From the human T2T-CHM13v2.0 reference genome, Homo sapiens: a stretch of DNA of 64,000 bases. A program made the translations under genes and the position numbers. The DNA is taken from assembly GCF_009914755.1 (NCBI RefSeq), contig NC_060939.1, one strand, 5' to 3'. Shown here in pieces: positions 13,601 through 27,815 of this stretch. The notes under the pieces were generated by a model. That model saw nothing but the letters and a program-made list of their open reading frames with translations, did not search any database and was not told the origin of the DNA. How positions within the stretch are numbered: the first letter of the stretch is position 1; the number at the start of each line of letters is the position of its first letter.

Positions 13601-16600
13601 AGGGGAGGTCTGCTAATGACAAATTATCTTGCTTTTGCTTTTATCTATAAATGTCTTAATTTTAACTTTGTTTTGATGAATAGTTGTAACAGATATACAA
13701 TTATTGGTTGACAATCTTTCATCACTCAATGTATCAACCTACGAACTTCTCGAATCCATTTCTGATGAGAAGTGAGTTGCTAATTTTATTGGGAAAGACT
13801 GGCACAAAATTAGTTATTTTTATTTTGCTATTTCAAGGTACGTTCTTTGTCTCTGGCTTTTGGCATTTTCATTATGATGCATCTAGGTGTCAGTCTCTTT
13901 GAATTTATCTTTTGGAGTTCCTTGAGCTTCTTGGATATGCCTATTAAGATCTTCCCAAAAAGTTGTAAAGGTTTTGGTCATTATTTCTTCACAATTTTTT
14001 ATGTCTCTCTCTTTTTCTCTTATTTTTTAACGTGCTTTATGTATATATAGTTACACTTGATGGGTCCCACAGGTCTGAAGTATTCACGTTTTTTTTTCTT
14101 CTTTTTTTTGTTTTTTAGACTAGATCATCTTAATTGACCTGTCTTCAAGCTCACTGATTTTTTTCCTGCCACTTCAAATCTGCTATTGAGCACATCTTAT
14201 ATTTTTTATTTCTATTATGGTAATTTTCAACTCTAGAATTTCTATTTAGCTCATTTATATAATTTTTAATCTATTAATTAATGTTTATATAGTGAGACAT
14301 GGTTATCATACTTCCCTTTAATTTTTATGTAGGCTATTAGTTCTTTTAACTCACTTATAATATCTGCTTTGAAGTCATTGTTTGCTAAGCCCAAAATGTG
14401 AATCTTCTCAAAAGATGTTTTCATTCCTTGATTTTTTTCTGTTATAGGATATATACTACTAATATTTTTCTTCATGCCTCAAAATTATTTTTGAAATCTC
14501 AATTCTTTTGCTATTGTTTTCTGAATATAAACCACACTCCCCTAAAGATTGTGGTTATTGTGTGTTTGTTTAGTGACTTGGCTAGACTAGTTCCATGAAG
14601 TGCATTTCCCTTACAATGTGCAGCCTGAGATCACATATATCCTTTATTCAGTTTCTTGCAATGGTAACATCTTGCAAAACTATATTATAATATTACAACC
14701 AACATATTGATATTGATAATACAGTCAAGATGCAAATGTTCTCATTACCACAAGAATGTCTCATGTTGCCCCATTACTCCACACTCATTTTTCTCCCTTT
14801 TCCACTCCCACTCCCACTTTAGTCCCTGGCAACTATTAATCCATTCACCATTCCTAGAATTGTGCCACTTGAAAAATGTTATAAAAATTGAATTACACAG
14901 GGCATAATGCTTGAGATTGGCTTTTTTTTCACTTGGCGTAATTCCCTAGAGAATCATTCCACTTGTTGCATGTATTAAATAAGTGTGTTCCTTGTTATTA
15001 CTGAGTAGTATTCCGTAGTTTGGATTTACTGCAAACAGTTTGTTTAACCAGACAGCTATTGAAGGATACATGGTATGATTTCAGTTTGCAGTTCTTACTA
15101 ATAAAGCTGCTATAAACATTCATTACATGTTTAGGTGTGAACCTAAGTTTTCATTACTCTCAGATAAATGCCCAGGAATGTAATAGTTATGTCATACAGT
15201 AATTGCAGGTTTAACTGTATAAGAAACTGCCAAACTATTTCTAAGATTAGCTATACCATTTTACATTCACACCAGCAGTTTATGAATGATACATTTTCTC
15301 CAAATCCTTGACAGCATCTGGTGTTGTCACTATCTTTTTTTATTCTAATAATATGTAGTAGTATCTCATTGTGGTTTTTTAATTTGCATTTTCCTTATGA
15401 CTAATGGTGCTGAACATCTATTTGCGTGCTCACTTGCCATCTGTATGTCTTCATCAGTAAAATATCTCTTCATATCTTTTGGCCATTTTCTAATTGGATT
15501 ATTAGTTTTATTCCTATTGAGTTCTTAGAGTTTTTATACGTTTTAGATATTTCCAGGTATTCAGGTTGCAAATATTGCCTCCCAGCTTATGAGTTGTCTT
15601 TATTTCCCTCTTCACATGGTTTCACAGGGCACAAGTTTTTCATTGTTACAAAGTTCAAGTCATCAAATTTTAATTTTATGGGTCATAGTTTTGGTATTAA
15701 GAATTATTTGCCTAGCCTAGTCCTGAAGATTTACTGTTTTTTTATTATATCCTTATATTTTACACTTATAGACTATATAAGTATATAAGTGTATTTTACA
15801 CTTAATAGACTCAAAAGTCTATTATCCTTTTGAGTTAAATTTTTATATAAAGTGTAAGGATTATGTTGAGGTTTATTTTATTTGGGCAGGGGATGGGGGT
15901 GCCTATTGATGTCTAATGCTCTGATATCATTTGTTGAAAAGTCTATCCTTGTTCCATTGAATTGATTTTTTCATCTCTTTCAAAAATCAGCTGGGCTTAT
16001 TTGTTTGGATCTATTTCTAGGTTCTCTAATCAGCTCTGTTTATCTTTCTCTGTCTCTTTGCCAATATCACACTCTTAATTGCTGTAACTATATAATAAGC
16101 CTTTAATATAGATGAATGTGATTCTTTTCACTTTATTATTCAATTGTGAAGATTGTTTTAGCTATTCTAAAGACTTTTCATAAAGATTTCAGAAGGAGTT
16201 TTTTATAGGAACTGTATTACATGTACAGATCAAGTTGAGATATTTTCAAAATCTGTTATCTCTCTTACTTAGATTGGAGATGATTTCTATTGATTTATCC
16301 TCAGGTTCACTGATTATTTTTTTCCTCTGCTACCTTTACTCGGCTATTGAGCCCCTCTAGCTAATTCTTTGTTTTAGTTATTTTACTCTTCCACTCTCAA
16401 ATTTCCATCGTTCCTTTTCATATTTTCTACATACTTATTGAGATTCTTTATTGATTACTTATTATTACCTTCTTATAATTCTTGTAACATGATTTCCTTC
16501 AGTTCTAGCTGCTTAGAAGTTTTTGTCTGTCAAATTTAACATCTGGACATACTCAGATACGGTTTTTATGGTCTTTTTTCTCCCCATACTATAGATCATA

Positions 16601-18185
16601 TTTTCCTGATATTTTCCCTGTCTCATATTTTTCATTTAAAATTGAACATTTTAGGTAACATATTATAGCAACTATGGATTCTGATTCCCCAACCCCTCAA
16701 AGACTATTGTTGCTTTTTCTTGTTTTTGCTTAATTGCTTACATGAAATAAATCTGTGAAAATCTGTATATCCTACATTCTGTGATCTCTGATATTTCTGC
16801 TCAGCTTATTTCCTAGTTTTTACTTTTAAAGCCTCCTAAGACCTAAAAGTCTTCCTAAGCATTTTCTCCATGTCCATGTCATTTAATGTTCAGCCAATAA
16901 ATGGACAAAAATTCTTCTTAAATGCCTTGAACCAGTAAGGCTTCTCTGCTAATGGAGCTGTCTTTAGGCAAAGGTGTGCATTTAAACTTCAGCTTATCTT
17001 GAAATGTGCTCCGAGTTTTACTTGAAGCTGGGCTTTTGTGAGCCTCTTATCACATGTCTTCAGTTTCAGTATTGGATAGGGGTGTGTTTGAATAGCTTGG
17101 TCTTTTATTTCTGGGCTGTGCATGCATATCCCAACCACTCCCACAATCTCAGCCTAATAGATCTGAACCATTGGCTCCTCTGAATTTACCTGACTCTACT
17201 GATAGACACTTTCACTGATAATTTCACAGAACATGAGCATTGTCCACTGCTCTAAATCAGGTCAGTTCTTTGAAGGCAGAAGAGATCTGCCACACTCATC
17301 ACCTGCTCGACCCTGGGTGAACCTCTGTACCAAACAGCCAGAAATGGGAAGCAATCAAAGGCCAGAACATTATAGTGTTCCATTCTTCTCTACTGAAATT
17401 CAACAGTTGTTAAAGCATAAACACTTTTTATATTATTGATTCCTTTCATTTATTTCTCTTGAGCACTAAAATGATTGTTCTCGTTGATGTCGCCCAAGTT
17501 TGCTTTTGTGGAAAAGCAATTTTCTGATCTCCTTGCCAGGCTATAATCCAAGGCTATTGTTAAGCTTTGTTAGGGTGAGCCAGTGGTTCCTTTAGTCTAG
17601 AGCTAATCTAGTCCAACTATTCATGCAGTATCTTTTCTTTTTATTGAGATAATTTATGTACTATAAAATTTACTCTTTAAGGTACACAATTCTGTGGTTT
17701 TTATTCACAAGCATATACAACCACCACTACTGTCTCATTCAATAAAATTTTCACCCTCCCAAAAAGAAACTGAATACCCCATATCATGAAGTATTCCACA
17801 CATCTTTTTATTCCTAGCCTCAGGCAACTATTTACCTATTTTCTGTCTAAGCAGATTTGACTGCTTTGGATATTACATGTAATAAGCACAGAATATGTGG
17901 GCTTTTATTTCTGGCTTCTTTCATATAGTATATGTTCAAGGTTCATCTGTATTGTAGCATATATTGGAATGTTATCCCTTTTTATGAATAATATTTCAAC
18001 ACATGTGTAAACCATATCTTGTTTATCCTTTCATCAGATGATGGACATATAGGCTGTTTCTACTTTTTGGTTGTTATGAATAATGCTGTTACATTAATAT
18101 ACAAGTGTTTATGTGAACTTATGTTTTCAGTTTTGGGGAGGTATATACCTGGAAGTGGAAAAGTTGAGTCATGAAAACTTTTCTG
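10685..18185 (-). mobile_element. Nested block of old L1M fragments (L1MB-type 3' ends near 10840 and 17635, L1MC1-type 3' end near 14625, ORF2-EN/ORF1/5' pieces in between)
   Basis: Continuous T-rich reverse-strand L1 motifs: ttgagatgtaattcac, gtttgaggtaggggtccaacttcattc, aatggtaacatcttgcaaaactata, ctgatgagaagt. Internal boundaries approximate. Confidence 0.85.
12143..12380 (-). pseudogene. RN7SKP: 7SK snRNA retropseudogene, 3'-truncated (~nt 1-240)
   Basis: Reverse complement reads gatgtgagggtgacctgcatgtgacatctgtcacc...cccttcctcccacaccactccatgtg...gaggacgacc...gcagctctcaa, colinear with 7SK (GGATGTGAGGGCGATCTGGCTGCGACATCTGTCACC...CAAGCTCTCAA). 17-bp TSD at 12129-12145 / 12380-12396. Confidence 0.93.
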
Positions 18186-18409
18186 GGAGCTCCACCAAAT
18201 GTCGCATATTTTATGAGGTCTTTCCATTCTGTCTGGTGCTAACATGAGCAATTGTTTACCCGTTCAAGCTTCAGAAATTGTTTGATTTCTTGCCTTTCAT
18301 GTTTTTTTTCAGGACGTTGAGTAATTTTTTCCCATACATGTGCAAATATGTACTAAGCCAAAGATATGTGGGGACCCAGAAGGGGTAATTCTTATGGTTT
18401 TATTTTTCT

Positions 18410-18768
18410 TATAAGAGGTACTTATGATTTTTTCTTTGTAAACATTTATTCCTTGAATTAACACACCACCACTATCAACACTGTCACTCACTGATGCACT
18501 AAAAATTGGGTAATAATTTCATTATCTGATTTAATGATATTTCATGAATATTTGTGTGGCTTACATTTACTTCAATATTTAACATTAGAAGTGCTGTGGG
18601 TCTTTATTTAGAAGCTTGTTGGTGTGCTTTTGATCGGAAATATGCCATGGGAAGTTAACTCTTGTTTATGTCAATTAACATATGGTAAAATTATTTTCAT
18701 TACACACTGTTTTATTACCATGAAAAATTCTGAGAACTTTTCAACAATTTAAAGTGATTTACTCTCTC
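18410..18768 (-). mobile_element. MER6-type TcMar-Tigger fragment
   Basis: aaacatttattccttga...cactcactgatgcactaaaaattgggta...ggtctttatttagaag...aactcttgtttatgtcaatta...atggtaaaatt matches reverse MER6 5' part. Confidence 0.7.
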
Positions 18769-18769
18769 T

Positions 18770-21700
18770 ATATATTTACAATTGTTATGTTCTCTTGCTG
18801 AACTGACACTTTATAATGTCCCTCTTTGTCTTTTTTTAAAACAGTTTTTGACTTAAAGTCATTTTGTTGGAAATAAGCATAGCTAACCTTGATGTCTTTT
18901 GGTTTTTATTTCCATAAAATATCTTTTTCCATTTCTTCACTTTCAGTTTGTGTCTTGTTAAAAGTGAGGTGAGTTTCTTGTAGGCAGCATTTAATTGAGT
19001 CTTATTTTCGTTTATCCATTCAGTACTTCTGTGTTTTATATTGGATAATTTAATCCATTTACATTCAAGGTAATTATTTATAGGTAAAGACTACTGCCAT
19101 ATTGTTAGTTGTTTTTTGGTTGTTTTGTAGATATTTTGCTCCTTGTTTTCTCTTGTGTTTCTTCCTTTGTGGTTTGATGGATTTTTGTAGTAATATGCTT
19201 TGAATCTTTTATCTTTTTTTGTGCTTTTACTACAGATTTTTGCTTTATAGTTACAATGTGGCTTATATAGAACATCTTACAATAGTCTATTTCCAGCTGA
19301 TAACATATGAACTTTCATAGAATACAAAAACTCGACATTTTTACACCAGCCTTCTCCATGTTTTATGTTTTGGTTTCAGAATTTATATCATGTTGTACTG
19401 TGTATCCCTTGACAATTTATTTTAGATATAGTTGTTATTAATAATTTTCTCTTTAAACCTCTCATTAGGGATAAAATTGTCTTAGTCACCATCATTACAG
19501 TCCTAGAGTATTCTGGGTGTGCATTTGTTTAACTTATATCATTGATTTTTCACTTTCATATGTTTCATGTTATTAATTCACAATTTTTGTTTCAGTTTGG
19601 ATAACTCCCTTTAGCAATTCCTGTAAGGCAGGTTTAGTGTTAATTAATTCTATTAGCTTTTATTTGTCTAAGAAAGTTTCTATTTTTTTCTCATTTCCAA
19701 AAGGCTGATTTATTGGATAAAGTATTTTTAGTTGTCAAGATTTTTTTCTTTTTTGCTAAGAACTCCGCTGATAGTTGTATTGATTTTTCTTTATAGATAA
19801 TGTGTTTCTTATCTGCTCTTCTCAGAATTTTTTGTTTTTGATTTTTGATATTTTGATTATTATGTGTCTTGGTGAACTCCTCTTTAGGTTGAATTTGATT
19901 GGAAACCTGCTTCCTGTCCACAGCTGTTGGCATCTTTCCCCAAATTAGAGAAGTTTTCAGTCATTATTTCTTTAAATATGCTTTCTAGACCTTTTCTATT
20001 TCTTCTTCTAAAACTACTATTATGTGAAAGTTTAGTTTCTTGAGGTTGTCTTATAATTCCTATAGGGTTTCTTTATTCTTTTTTATTCTTTTGTCTTTTT
20101 GTTCCCCTGAATGGATAATTTCAAATATTCTGCCTTCCAGCTTCTGCTTGATTAAGTCTGCTACTGAAGCTTTCTGTTGAATTTTTCAGTTCAGTTACTG
20201 CATTCTTCATCTCTAGGATTTCTATCTGGTTCTTTTTTATAGTTTCTACTTTTTTGTCAAACTTCTTGCTTTGTTCATGTATTGTTTTCCAAATTCTATT
20301 AACATATGATACATATATCTTTGTAGTTCACTCGACTTCTTTTTGAGTATTATTCTGACTTATTCATCAGTCATTTCATAGATTTCCATTTCTTTGGGTT
20401 CTATTATTGAAGCTTTATTTCTTTTGGGGGTGTCATGTTCCCTTATTCTTTGTAATCTTTGTATCCTTGCATTGTTTATGCATTTTAGGACTTGTGGCCT
20501 TTACTGGTGTCTTTTGGACAGGGATAGATCTTCACTATTTAATTTAGCCTGTGATTTGGGAAGAGACAGCTGGTGACAACCCCAAGCAGGCACAGCTTGT
20601 TGTGAGTCCTCTAGTTGCCTGGGCTGCTGCCTTTGCTTTGATGTTGGGTAGAACTGCTAACTGGGCTTCAGTGTCTGGTGAGACCACTGGCTGTGTTCTG
20701 CTGTAAGGCAGAGTAGCTGACTCAGTACTGTGATGACTTCTGTTCAGGCCAGTGAAAGGATGTATTGCCTGGCCAGGCAATTCTACTATTTGGGATCTAC
20801 AGCTGGGCAGGTCTGCAAGCTGGACTCCAAAGCTGGGCAGAGTTACTGCTTGGGACAGGAAGAACCAGATATTATCCTCCCAGGGAATGCATAATTGGAA
20901 ATTGTCTCCCTATCAGGGTAGAGCTGTGGGGTGAGCTTTTGGTTGAGTTGATTGGCTGTTTGAATTCCTAAGTAAAGCAGGCTTAGACCCTACATTTTTT
21001 TTCAAAGTGCACAGAGGTGGGAATGTCCCTGCCTGGGAGTGGTTGTTGGGAGGGCTTTTTGGCTGAATGGATCCTCTGCTTGACTTCCTTGTCAAGCCTG
21101 TCTAGCCCCCACTACTTCTCTGAAATGATTGAAAGTAAGTGTCTCCCTGCCTGCAGGGTCACTGCATAGGCTTTTTGGCTAAGTGAATCTCCTGCTTGAC
21201 TTGGAAAGTCAAGTAGGTCTAGCCCCTATGCTTTTCTGAAATGAGTGGAGGCAAGCATCCTCCTAAATGTGAGGTGTTGTTGGGGTGGGGTCTTAGACTG
21301 TACATGGAGACAAGCAGTCTTGGGACTCAAGCTAGGTTGAACTCCCCATCGTGTTTCTGAAGGCAACCAGCTCAGCTTTGCAAGCGGGCCATGAGGCTGG
21401 CTGGTAAATATGATCATGTGCTGCCATTGGCAGAAACAGAGAGGTACCACCAAGATCTATGCACTGGTTACTATTACCTCTGTGTCCTTTCTTTGTTTCT
21501 ACTTGTTGCCAAGCAGTCTAGCCATGCCATTTTCCCTACAATTCCCCATGTGGTGAGATCAGACTTGGAGTCCAAGGAAGTGTCTTGTAGTGCCAAGGAA
21601 GCTGCATGACTACCTCTGGTTCTCTTTTTCCCCTGTAGGGAAAACCATGGGCCCAAGAAAATCCTCCTGTCTGGTGTTGTGCCAACTTGGGGGAGGAGGA

Positions 21701-21915
21701 GGGGTGGCATTATATGAGTGAGACCATTCTTTTTACCCTGTTAATTTTAATTTCCTTCAGTTCTGTAGACCACACAAGTTCTCAGGCCTGTTTCCAAGTA
21801 CTGAAGTTTTCAGAAGGATGTTCTGGTCTGTTTATAGTTGGTGGTTGAACTTTCTGTTGGTGGGGAAAGTGAAGCCTGAGACTTTATATTCTGCCATCTT
21901 TCTGATGTCATCCTG
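18770..21915 (-). mobile_element. Old L1M 5' portion (5' UTR, ORF1, ORF2 endonuclease start)
   Basis: Degenerate ORF1 peptide in ORF 19691-19933 (YKEKSIQLSAEFLAK); ORF2-EN motif ttcttgtaggcagcat; 5' terminal tattctgccatctt at ~21890. Confidence 0.8.
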
Positions 21916-23028
21916 TGACTCGCTCAGAAGCATCAGTTTCTAAAGAGATAGTGTTTTAACTCATAATATAAATTAAAATACACTCTGGTTCGTCAGGCTT
22001 ACCAGTCTAACGTTACTCTTGTGGTCTTATCAATGTACTTGCAATTTAGAAACTTGCTTAAGAACACATTATGAGCATTTTATAAGATATTCCTCATAAA
22101 AATATGAAAACAATGATAGAATAATATTTGTTGGTCAATTAGGTGAATTAGAAGAAATTTTGGGGTGGCAACTAAAATAGGCAAATTTGATTTTTCCTTT
22201 TCAAGATATAAAATGTTAGTTCTTTCTGAATCACACTATCCTCATCTATAAAATGAAAAACAGACATTATATAAGATTATAAAGGCTCAATGTTCTAAAA
22301 ATTGTTCTGAAGGCATAAATTTACATTTTTACTATTTGAATTAGGTTAGTAATATACCCAAATATGATCGTATCAAGCAATTACCATAGCACCAAATGTA
22401 CAAATACACTTAGCCACTCTCCCCTACCAAAAGCCTAGAACTTTAAATCTAAACTGAGCAATTATTAAAGGGCACAACTTACATAGGATTCAACTAATAC
22501 TGTTACTTAGTTGATTCTGATGTGATCAATTTTTGGCAGCATTCAAAGTTTTGGAAGCTGCAGGTACAGAGTTCTCATTTACATCCCTGGAGGAATCCTT
22601 TCATTTCTGTGTTGCTTAGTCACTAAATCTTTAATTTTATGTACCTTATATTAGTGTTCTTTGTCTTACAAAAAATTCTTATTAATTATTTTACATGTTG
22701 TGCTTCTACTCTCTTTAATTCAAATAAAAATTGCTGAAGTCTAGTCTTGAAGTTCACGAGTATTTTTAGCTGTCATGCAAAATTAATGAAATAGTTTTGT
22801 CTTCACCTCAGAATGTCAATATTTACATATCTTAAGCAGCAGAAATTTCCATGAATACTACAAATAAAAGACTGAAGGAGGGTTCAGACTCTGAGATCAA
22901 TCTAAACCAGAAAAGTTAAAAAATAATTATAATGTTTAGTTGGGCATCCAAGACTACAAAACACTTGTCTAGTTTTTTTGCTAGTCCTGTTGTTGCCAAA
23001 TAATTCTACTACTTCTGCTTTTAGTAAC

Positions 23029-23422
23029 TGTCATAACCTATCCCTGATGCTATAATAAAATACCTTAGGCTGAGTAACTTATAAAGAGCAGACGTTTTAT
23101 TTCTTACAGTTCTGGAGACTGGGAAGTGCAAGATCAAGGCACCAGCAGATTTCACATCAGGTGAGGCTTGCTCTCTGCTTCCAATATGCATCCCCATATG
23201 GCAGAAGGCTCAAACACTGTGTGCTCATATGGCAAAAGGAACATAAGGGCAAAAAGGGCAAAAAGAACTAACAGATTCCCTCATGCCTTTTTACAATGAT
23301 ACTAATTCAATTCATAAGGGCAAAGTCCTCACAACCTAATAACCACCTAAAGGCCCCACCTCTTAATACTATTGCATTAAGTTTCAATATGAATTTTGGA
23401 GAGACACATTCAAACCATAGCT
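23029..23422 (-). mobile_element. MST (MSTC/MSTD-like) MaLR solo LTR
   Basis: gctataataaaatacctta...cagttctggagactgggaagtgcaagatcaagg...ggccccacctcttaatact...cattcaaaccatagc. Confidence 0.8.
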
Positions 23423-23819
23423 TAATTTAGTTTATTTAGTCTTTCAAATCACTGACATAAAGGTAAACTACTATAAGCTCGTGATTTTTAAGCTTGTTTC
23501 CCAAACTATAAAAATTATGTTGCCATTACTTAAGATTTATGAAGCTCCTAATTGATCGTGTGCCTCTAGAATAACCAATTTACAGATACTTGGATTAATG
23601 AGTACATATCCAACAATTTCAACAATTTCATCGTTTTTCTTCTGTTTTAATCATTTGCTGTACTCCTTTTGTCTTTTTTTCAGGGTATGAGTATGTGTAT
23701 TTGGTAGTTTTCTTAGTTACAATACAAATACTTGCCACAATGGGTATGAACTATAAAGTGAGATCTGTGACTAGCTTATTAATTGTTTGTGTATTTCTTC
23801 ATAGAATGTTGTAAAAATT

Positions 23820-24045
23820 GAATGGATTTGAAAGCCAGAGAATTTCTGATTCAAGTCTTAGTTCTACCCTTTCCAAGCTGCATGATTTGAATAAGTGACT
23901 TATTTCTGAGCTTGCTCCTTTATGTAAAAAACAGGGACCAAAATATGTGTACCACAAAGTGTTACGGAGGGTGAAAATTTATGATAGGTACTATGATTAT
24001 TATAGAAGCAGACAAGGATGAAGTGTCAATAAGTAGTAGTTATGA
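23820..24045 (+). mobile_element. MIR SINE
   Basis: gattcaagtcttagttctacc...gctgcatgatttgaataagtgactta. Confidence 0.5.
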
Positions 24046-25798
24046 AAATTGTGAACATCTGGAAATGGTACAACACTCTTTCGATAGAACATGTGTTGTG
24101 GTTTTTGGTTCACTGAATCTGGTCATGACACTGATAAGTCTTGCTTCAGCAGCCCTCTAGAGATCTGGAATAGCACACCATTAACAGAATAAGTGAAGAG
24201 TCATGTTGGCAGGGTCTTTACACACATATGATACCACTTCACAGGACTTTATATTCCACCTGCTTCTTTCACATCCACTGTAATATGCAGAGATATGGTG
24301 TGATTCATAGGGGAGCACCACAGTTCTGGTTAAGACAATCATTTAATAACAAACAACTTGATAATCCCTTTCTCCTGCCTAGAACCCCATATGAATTATT
24401 ATGGAATTGAAAAAAAATGGAGAAAACATTGAAGACCCAAAAACGTAGTCCTTAAAAAGCAGCTCCATGAAATATTGGTAGAACCCAACTGACAAGGCTT
24501 CGTTTTACAGGGAAAGGATAGCAAAAAATAAAAAATAAAAAAGCTTGAAAGCATAATTCATCACTTAGAAGCACTTTGAGAGCTAGAGATTTGTACTATT
24601 TGAGAGTACATCTTCATCTATGAAGTCCCTAATTTAAAGGAGTCACTATTCCAAACGAAAAGCTATCACCTTTTGAGGCAACTGTGATTTCCTTGCCATG
24701 TGAGCACCACTGCCAGGTAGATATCCAGACACAGCCATAGCACAACTCAGTTCAGGATTTACATCACACAGAAGGATGTCAGCCAACACCCAGCCCAGAT
24801 ACAGTGGTATCTTCCAATAGAAAAAATTAAATCTTATAATCCCAAGAGATCTGATTATTAGCAACCCAAAAGATTATGTTCAGGCTATCAAACACCCTTA
24901 AGTTGTTGTACTCTAAGCTGTGTATATAAATATGCACCTGTCAAATACTTTAATACTTGAGAATAACCTATGATAAGAAGTGAAATAGTATTGACCTCAA
25001 GCATATCTCCCAGGGTCCTGGCTGAATGAATCCCATAAACCATTAATCTTGGAAAACCAAGGGTCTTTCTCATTATATTTCTGTACTGACTTTTCCTCTT
25101 GGCCTGGGACATTAATCTAAACACAGTAGGAAGTACTGAGAATTGCATGGAATTTATATTAAGCTACAAGAGGAAGTCTAGGGCAATTCTATCACCTATT
25201 ACAAGCCCAACCAATGGGCTGCCCTCAATGCCTCCCGGGGCCAAGGAAAGAAACAATCACTGTATTTTCTGGAGGGAATTGCTCCTTGGATTCTTTACAA
25301 AAATGTAAAACCTCAAGGGCACATGTGTTCCCCCTGGAAAGAAAATGTTGTTTATAATTCTCCCAAGTGGTTTCTATGTCAGTTGAGAGATGTACAAGTT
25401 GATAGCATCTCCAATATGGTGTCCCAACTGACTGGTAGGCCTTAGGGTTCCCAATTCAGTTCAAATAATTGAGGCTAGGTTTTGTTTTGGGAGGGACTTC
25501 CTGACAGCAGCTGGTTTAGTCTGTGCTGTTTTCATCACACCACCAGTTGGGTGACATTTGTTTGCTCATACAATTGCTGAGTTTAAAGATGCAAAAAACA
25601 TCCAGAGGTGATCTGCATGACAAAGAAACTGAAGCCATTTCTGCTGTTTCTGATAGCCTTCTCAGTAAAGTTAAGGAAAACGGTAATCAACTCATGATCA
25701 GAGCTATCTGCTGAGGAACAGTAGACACAGCAATCAGTTATATTTAAGATACTTGCTACAATTTGAAAGCATGTCAGCAGGGCATTTTCCTTGGGGAG

Positions 25799-25965
25799 GA
25801 AAGCTTCAGAGGTAGCTCTGAAAGACAAAAGATCATCAATGCCAGCAACAACTTGGCATCATGGGTGTTGGGGAGAGGAGGTTGAGCCTCTTAGATCACT
25901 GGAAATATAAAGGAGGGAAGGACATTGAAGATCTTTTGTCTTTCAGAACTACCCCTGAAGCTTTC
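25799..25965. repeat. 43-bp inverted repeat with 81-bp spacer
   Basis: 25799-25841 versus reverse complement of 25923-25965: 40/43 identical. Confidence 0.9.
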
Positions 25966-26569
25966 TTCCTCCAACACCAAAAATTAATCAGTATGTTATA
26001 TTCTGATAATTTTTATTAATTTTACAATCCCCTTCTACTTGCACCTTTTGTCCAGAATGGTAACTAGGAATGAAAACAGGGATAAAAGGACAAATTGTTA
26101 GAAGATCCTAAGTATAAATATGTTATCAATTAAAAATATATGCCATTATTCAGTGACATTGGAAAATGTTAAGAATGTAAAATTAATAGAAAAGAAAAAG
26201 ATCAAAAACACTTGTTTAATTGAATCCTAGTTTAGAAAAAAATTCAAAGACATAAGCAAAAGACTTGAAAATGTAGAAAGATTTAATGATAATAAGATAA
26301 TGGGTTAATTTTATTTTGTAGCTTTTAAGTCCTGCATTTTTATTCTTTTAACATCAGTGTATATATGCTTTATATGTGTTTTCCCAGGGGGAAAAAAAAC
26401 AAAAATGCCATTTAAAAAAATCAGATTAGCTCAATGGAAAGTCCTATAACATCCCACAAACAATATGAAAATGAATATATTTTAAGCCCCTTTCCAACTG
26501 CATCTATCTTTAATTTAAACACAGTTTTCTCTTCCTTTTATTAAAAAAAATTACGCCAAAATTTTGTGA

Positions 26570-26990
26570 TATCATGTCCCTTGAAAGGCACCTGACAAGA
26601 TAAGCTTAGATATACAGGAAATTAACTGAAGGAAACACCAGTTGAAAGATGAAGATGAAGGGCAGGAGTAGGCGGGGAAACTTTCAGACTAAGCAATATA
26701 GGTTTAATAACTGGAAGGAGAGGTCAGTAAATAGTGCCAGGTGGGAAAAGTCTCAGACCAAAGCATAGTTCTCAGGATCTTTCAACTGAGGGGACATATC
26801 AAGTCAATGTTGCCTGTGAGAGGCAGCCCTCTTCTGCAGGAATGGACACCACTAGTTCCCTGCCTGCCATGTGCAGTCATTGGTTGGGAACAGTGAGGAA
26901 AAAGCATGCCTTCTTTGAAAGCTCAGAGATACCACTGTGTTCTCATCAGGAAGATTCTGGGCCACACATTTCCATGATCTCCACAGTCTA
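26570..26990 (-). mobile_element. Old ERVL LTR (LTR33-like)
   Basis: gggcaggagtaggcggggaaactttcagac...gtgggaaaagtctcagacc...gcagtcattggttgggaacag. Family assignment uncertain. Confidence 0.4.
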
Positions 26991-27339
26991 ACCTTCATAT
27001 CCCTTTCCAAGATGTTCTGAAAATTTTTCTCAAACTGAAGTCTCTTCGGAAAGTATTCTATTATCTGCACTTCTGTGAATTGTCTTTCCCTTAAAATTAT
27101 GAGAGAAAAACAAACACTAGTACATGTCTTTAATCTGTGAATTGGGCAATGGAAAAGGGAACTGAGAAACAGACCGGAGGCTCAGCCTAGTTTTACCACA
27201 TTGGCTGTATGTTAAATAACTCACGTAAACTCTCATCCTGTTTCCTCAAGAAAAGTACTTACTAGGACAATATGGTAGAGACTTTCAAGCACAGTTTCTC
27301 AAGGAGGAGAGATTTTCAGGGAAACTCCCTACACATACA

Positions 27340-27815
27340 GCTGTGTTTCTGCACAATGGAAAGCACGTGGGATGGGTGCCTGATTTACACTGTGCCAATG
27401 AGAATTTTTCTTCCAGAAATTTGAGATTAGGTCATACATATCAGTGTCTAATAACACTTGAACTTGGAAGAAAAGCAAACTTATAATCAAGGTTGTCTAT
27501 AGTATGGTCAGTTTTCATCGCTTGCTCATCCAATTTTATGCACAAAAAGACAGCAGACTGAAATTGAATACAAAATGCAAAGGCAAGAGATAATTAGAAA
27601 GAGGTAAAGGGAGACAGATTGACATTGAGAATACCTGCCATGGAGCCTGATTTTCCCCTTTCCTGGTATCAGTCCTGGTGTGACTAACTCTACTTCTTCC
27701 CTTGGGTGCCAGGGCATATACTTCCTTGTTCTTATAATAAACTCCCTTTTATACATAAGTTAGTTTAAATGGATTTCTGTTGCTTTTTACCGAAAGAGCT
27801 TTTAATCAAATAGAC
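27340..27815 (+). mobile_element. Old ERVL LTR (LTR16-like)
   Basis: 3' end ataaactcccttt...taagttagtttaaatggatttctgttgc...aaagagcttttaatcaaata. Confidence 0.45.
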
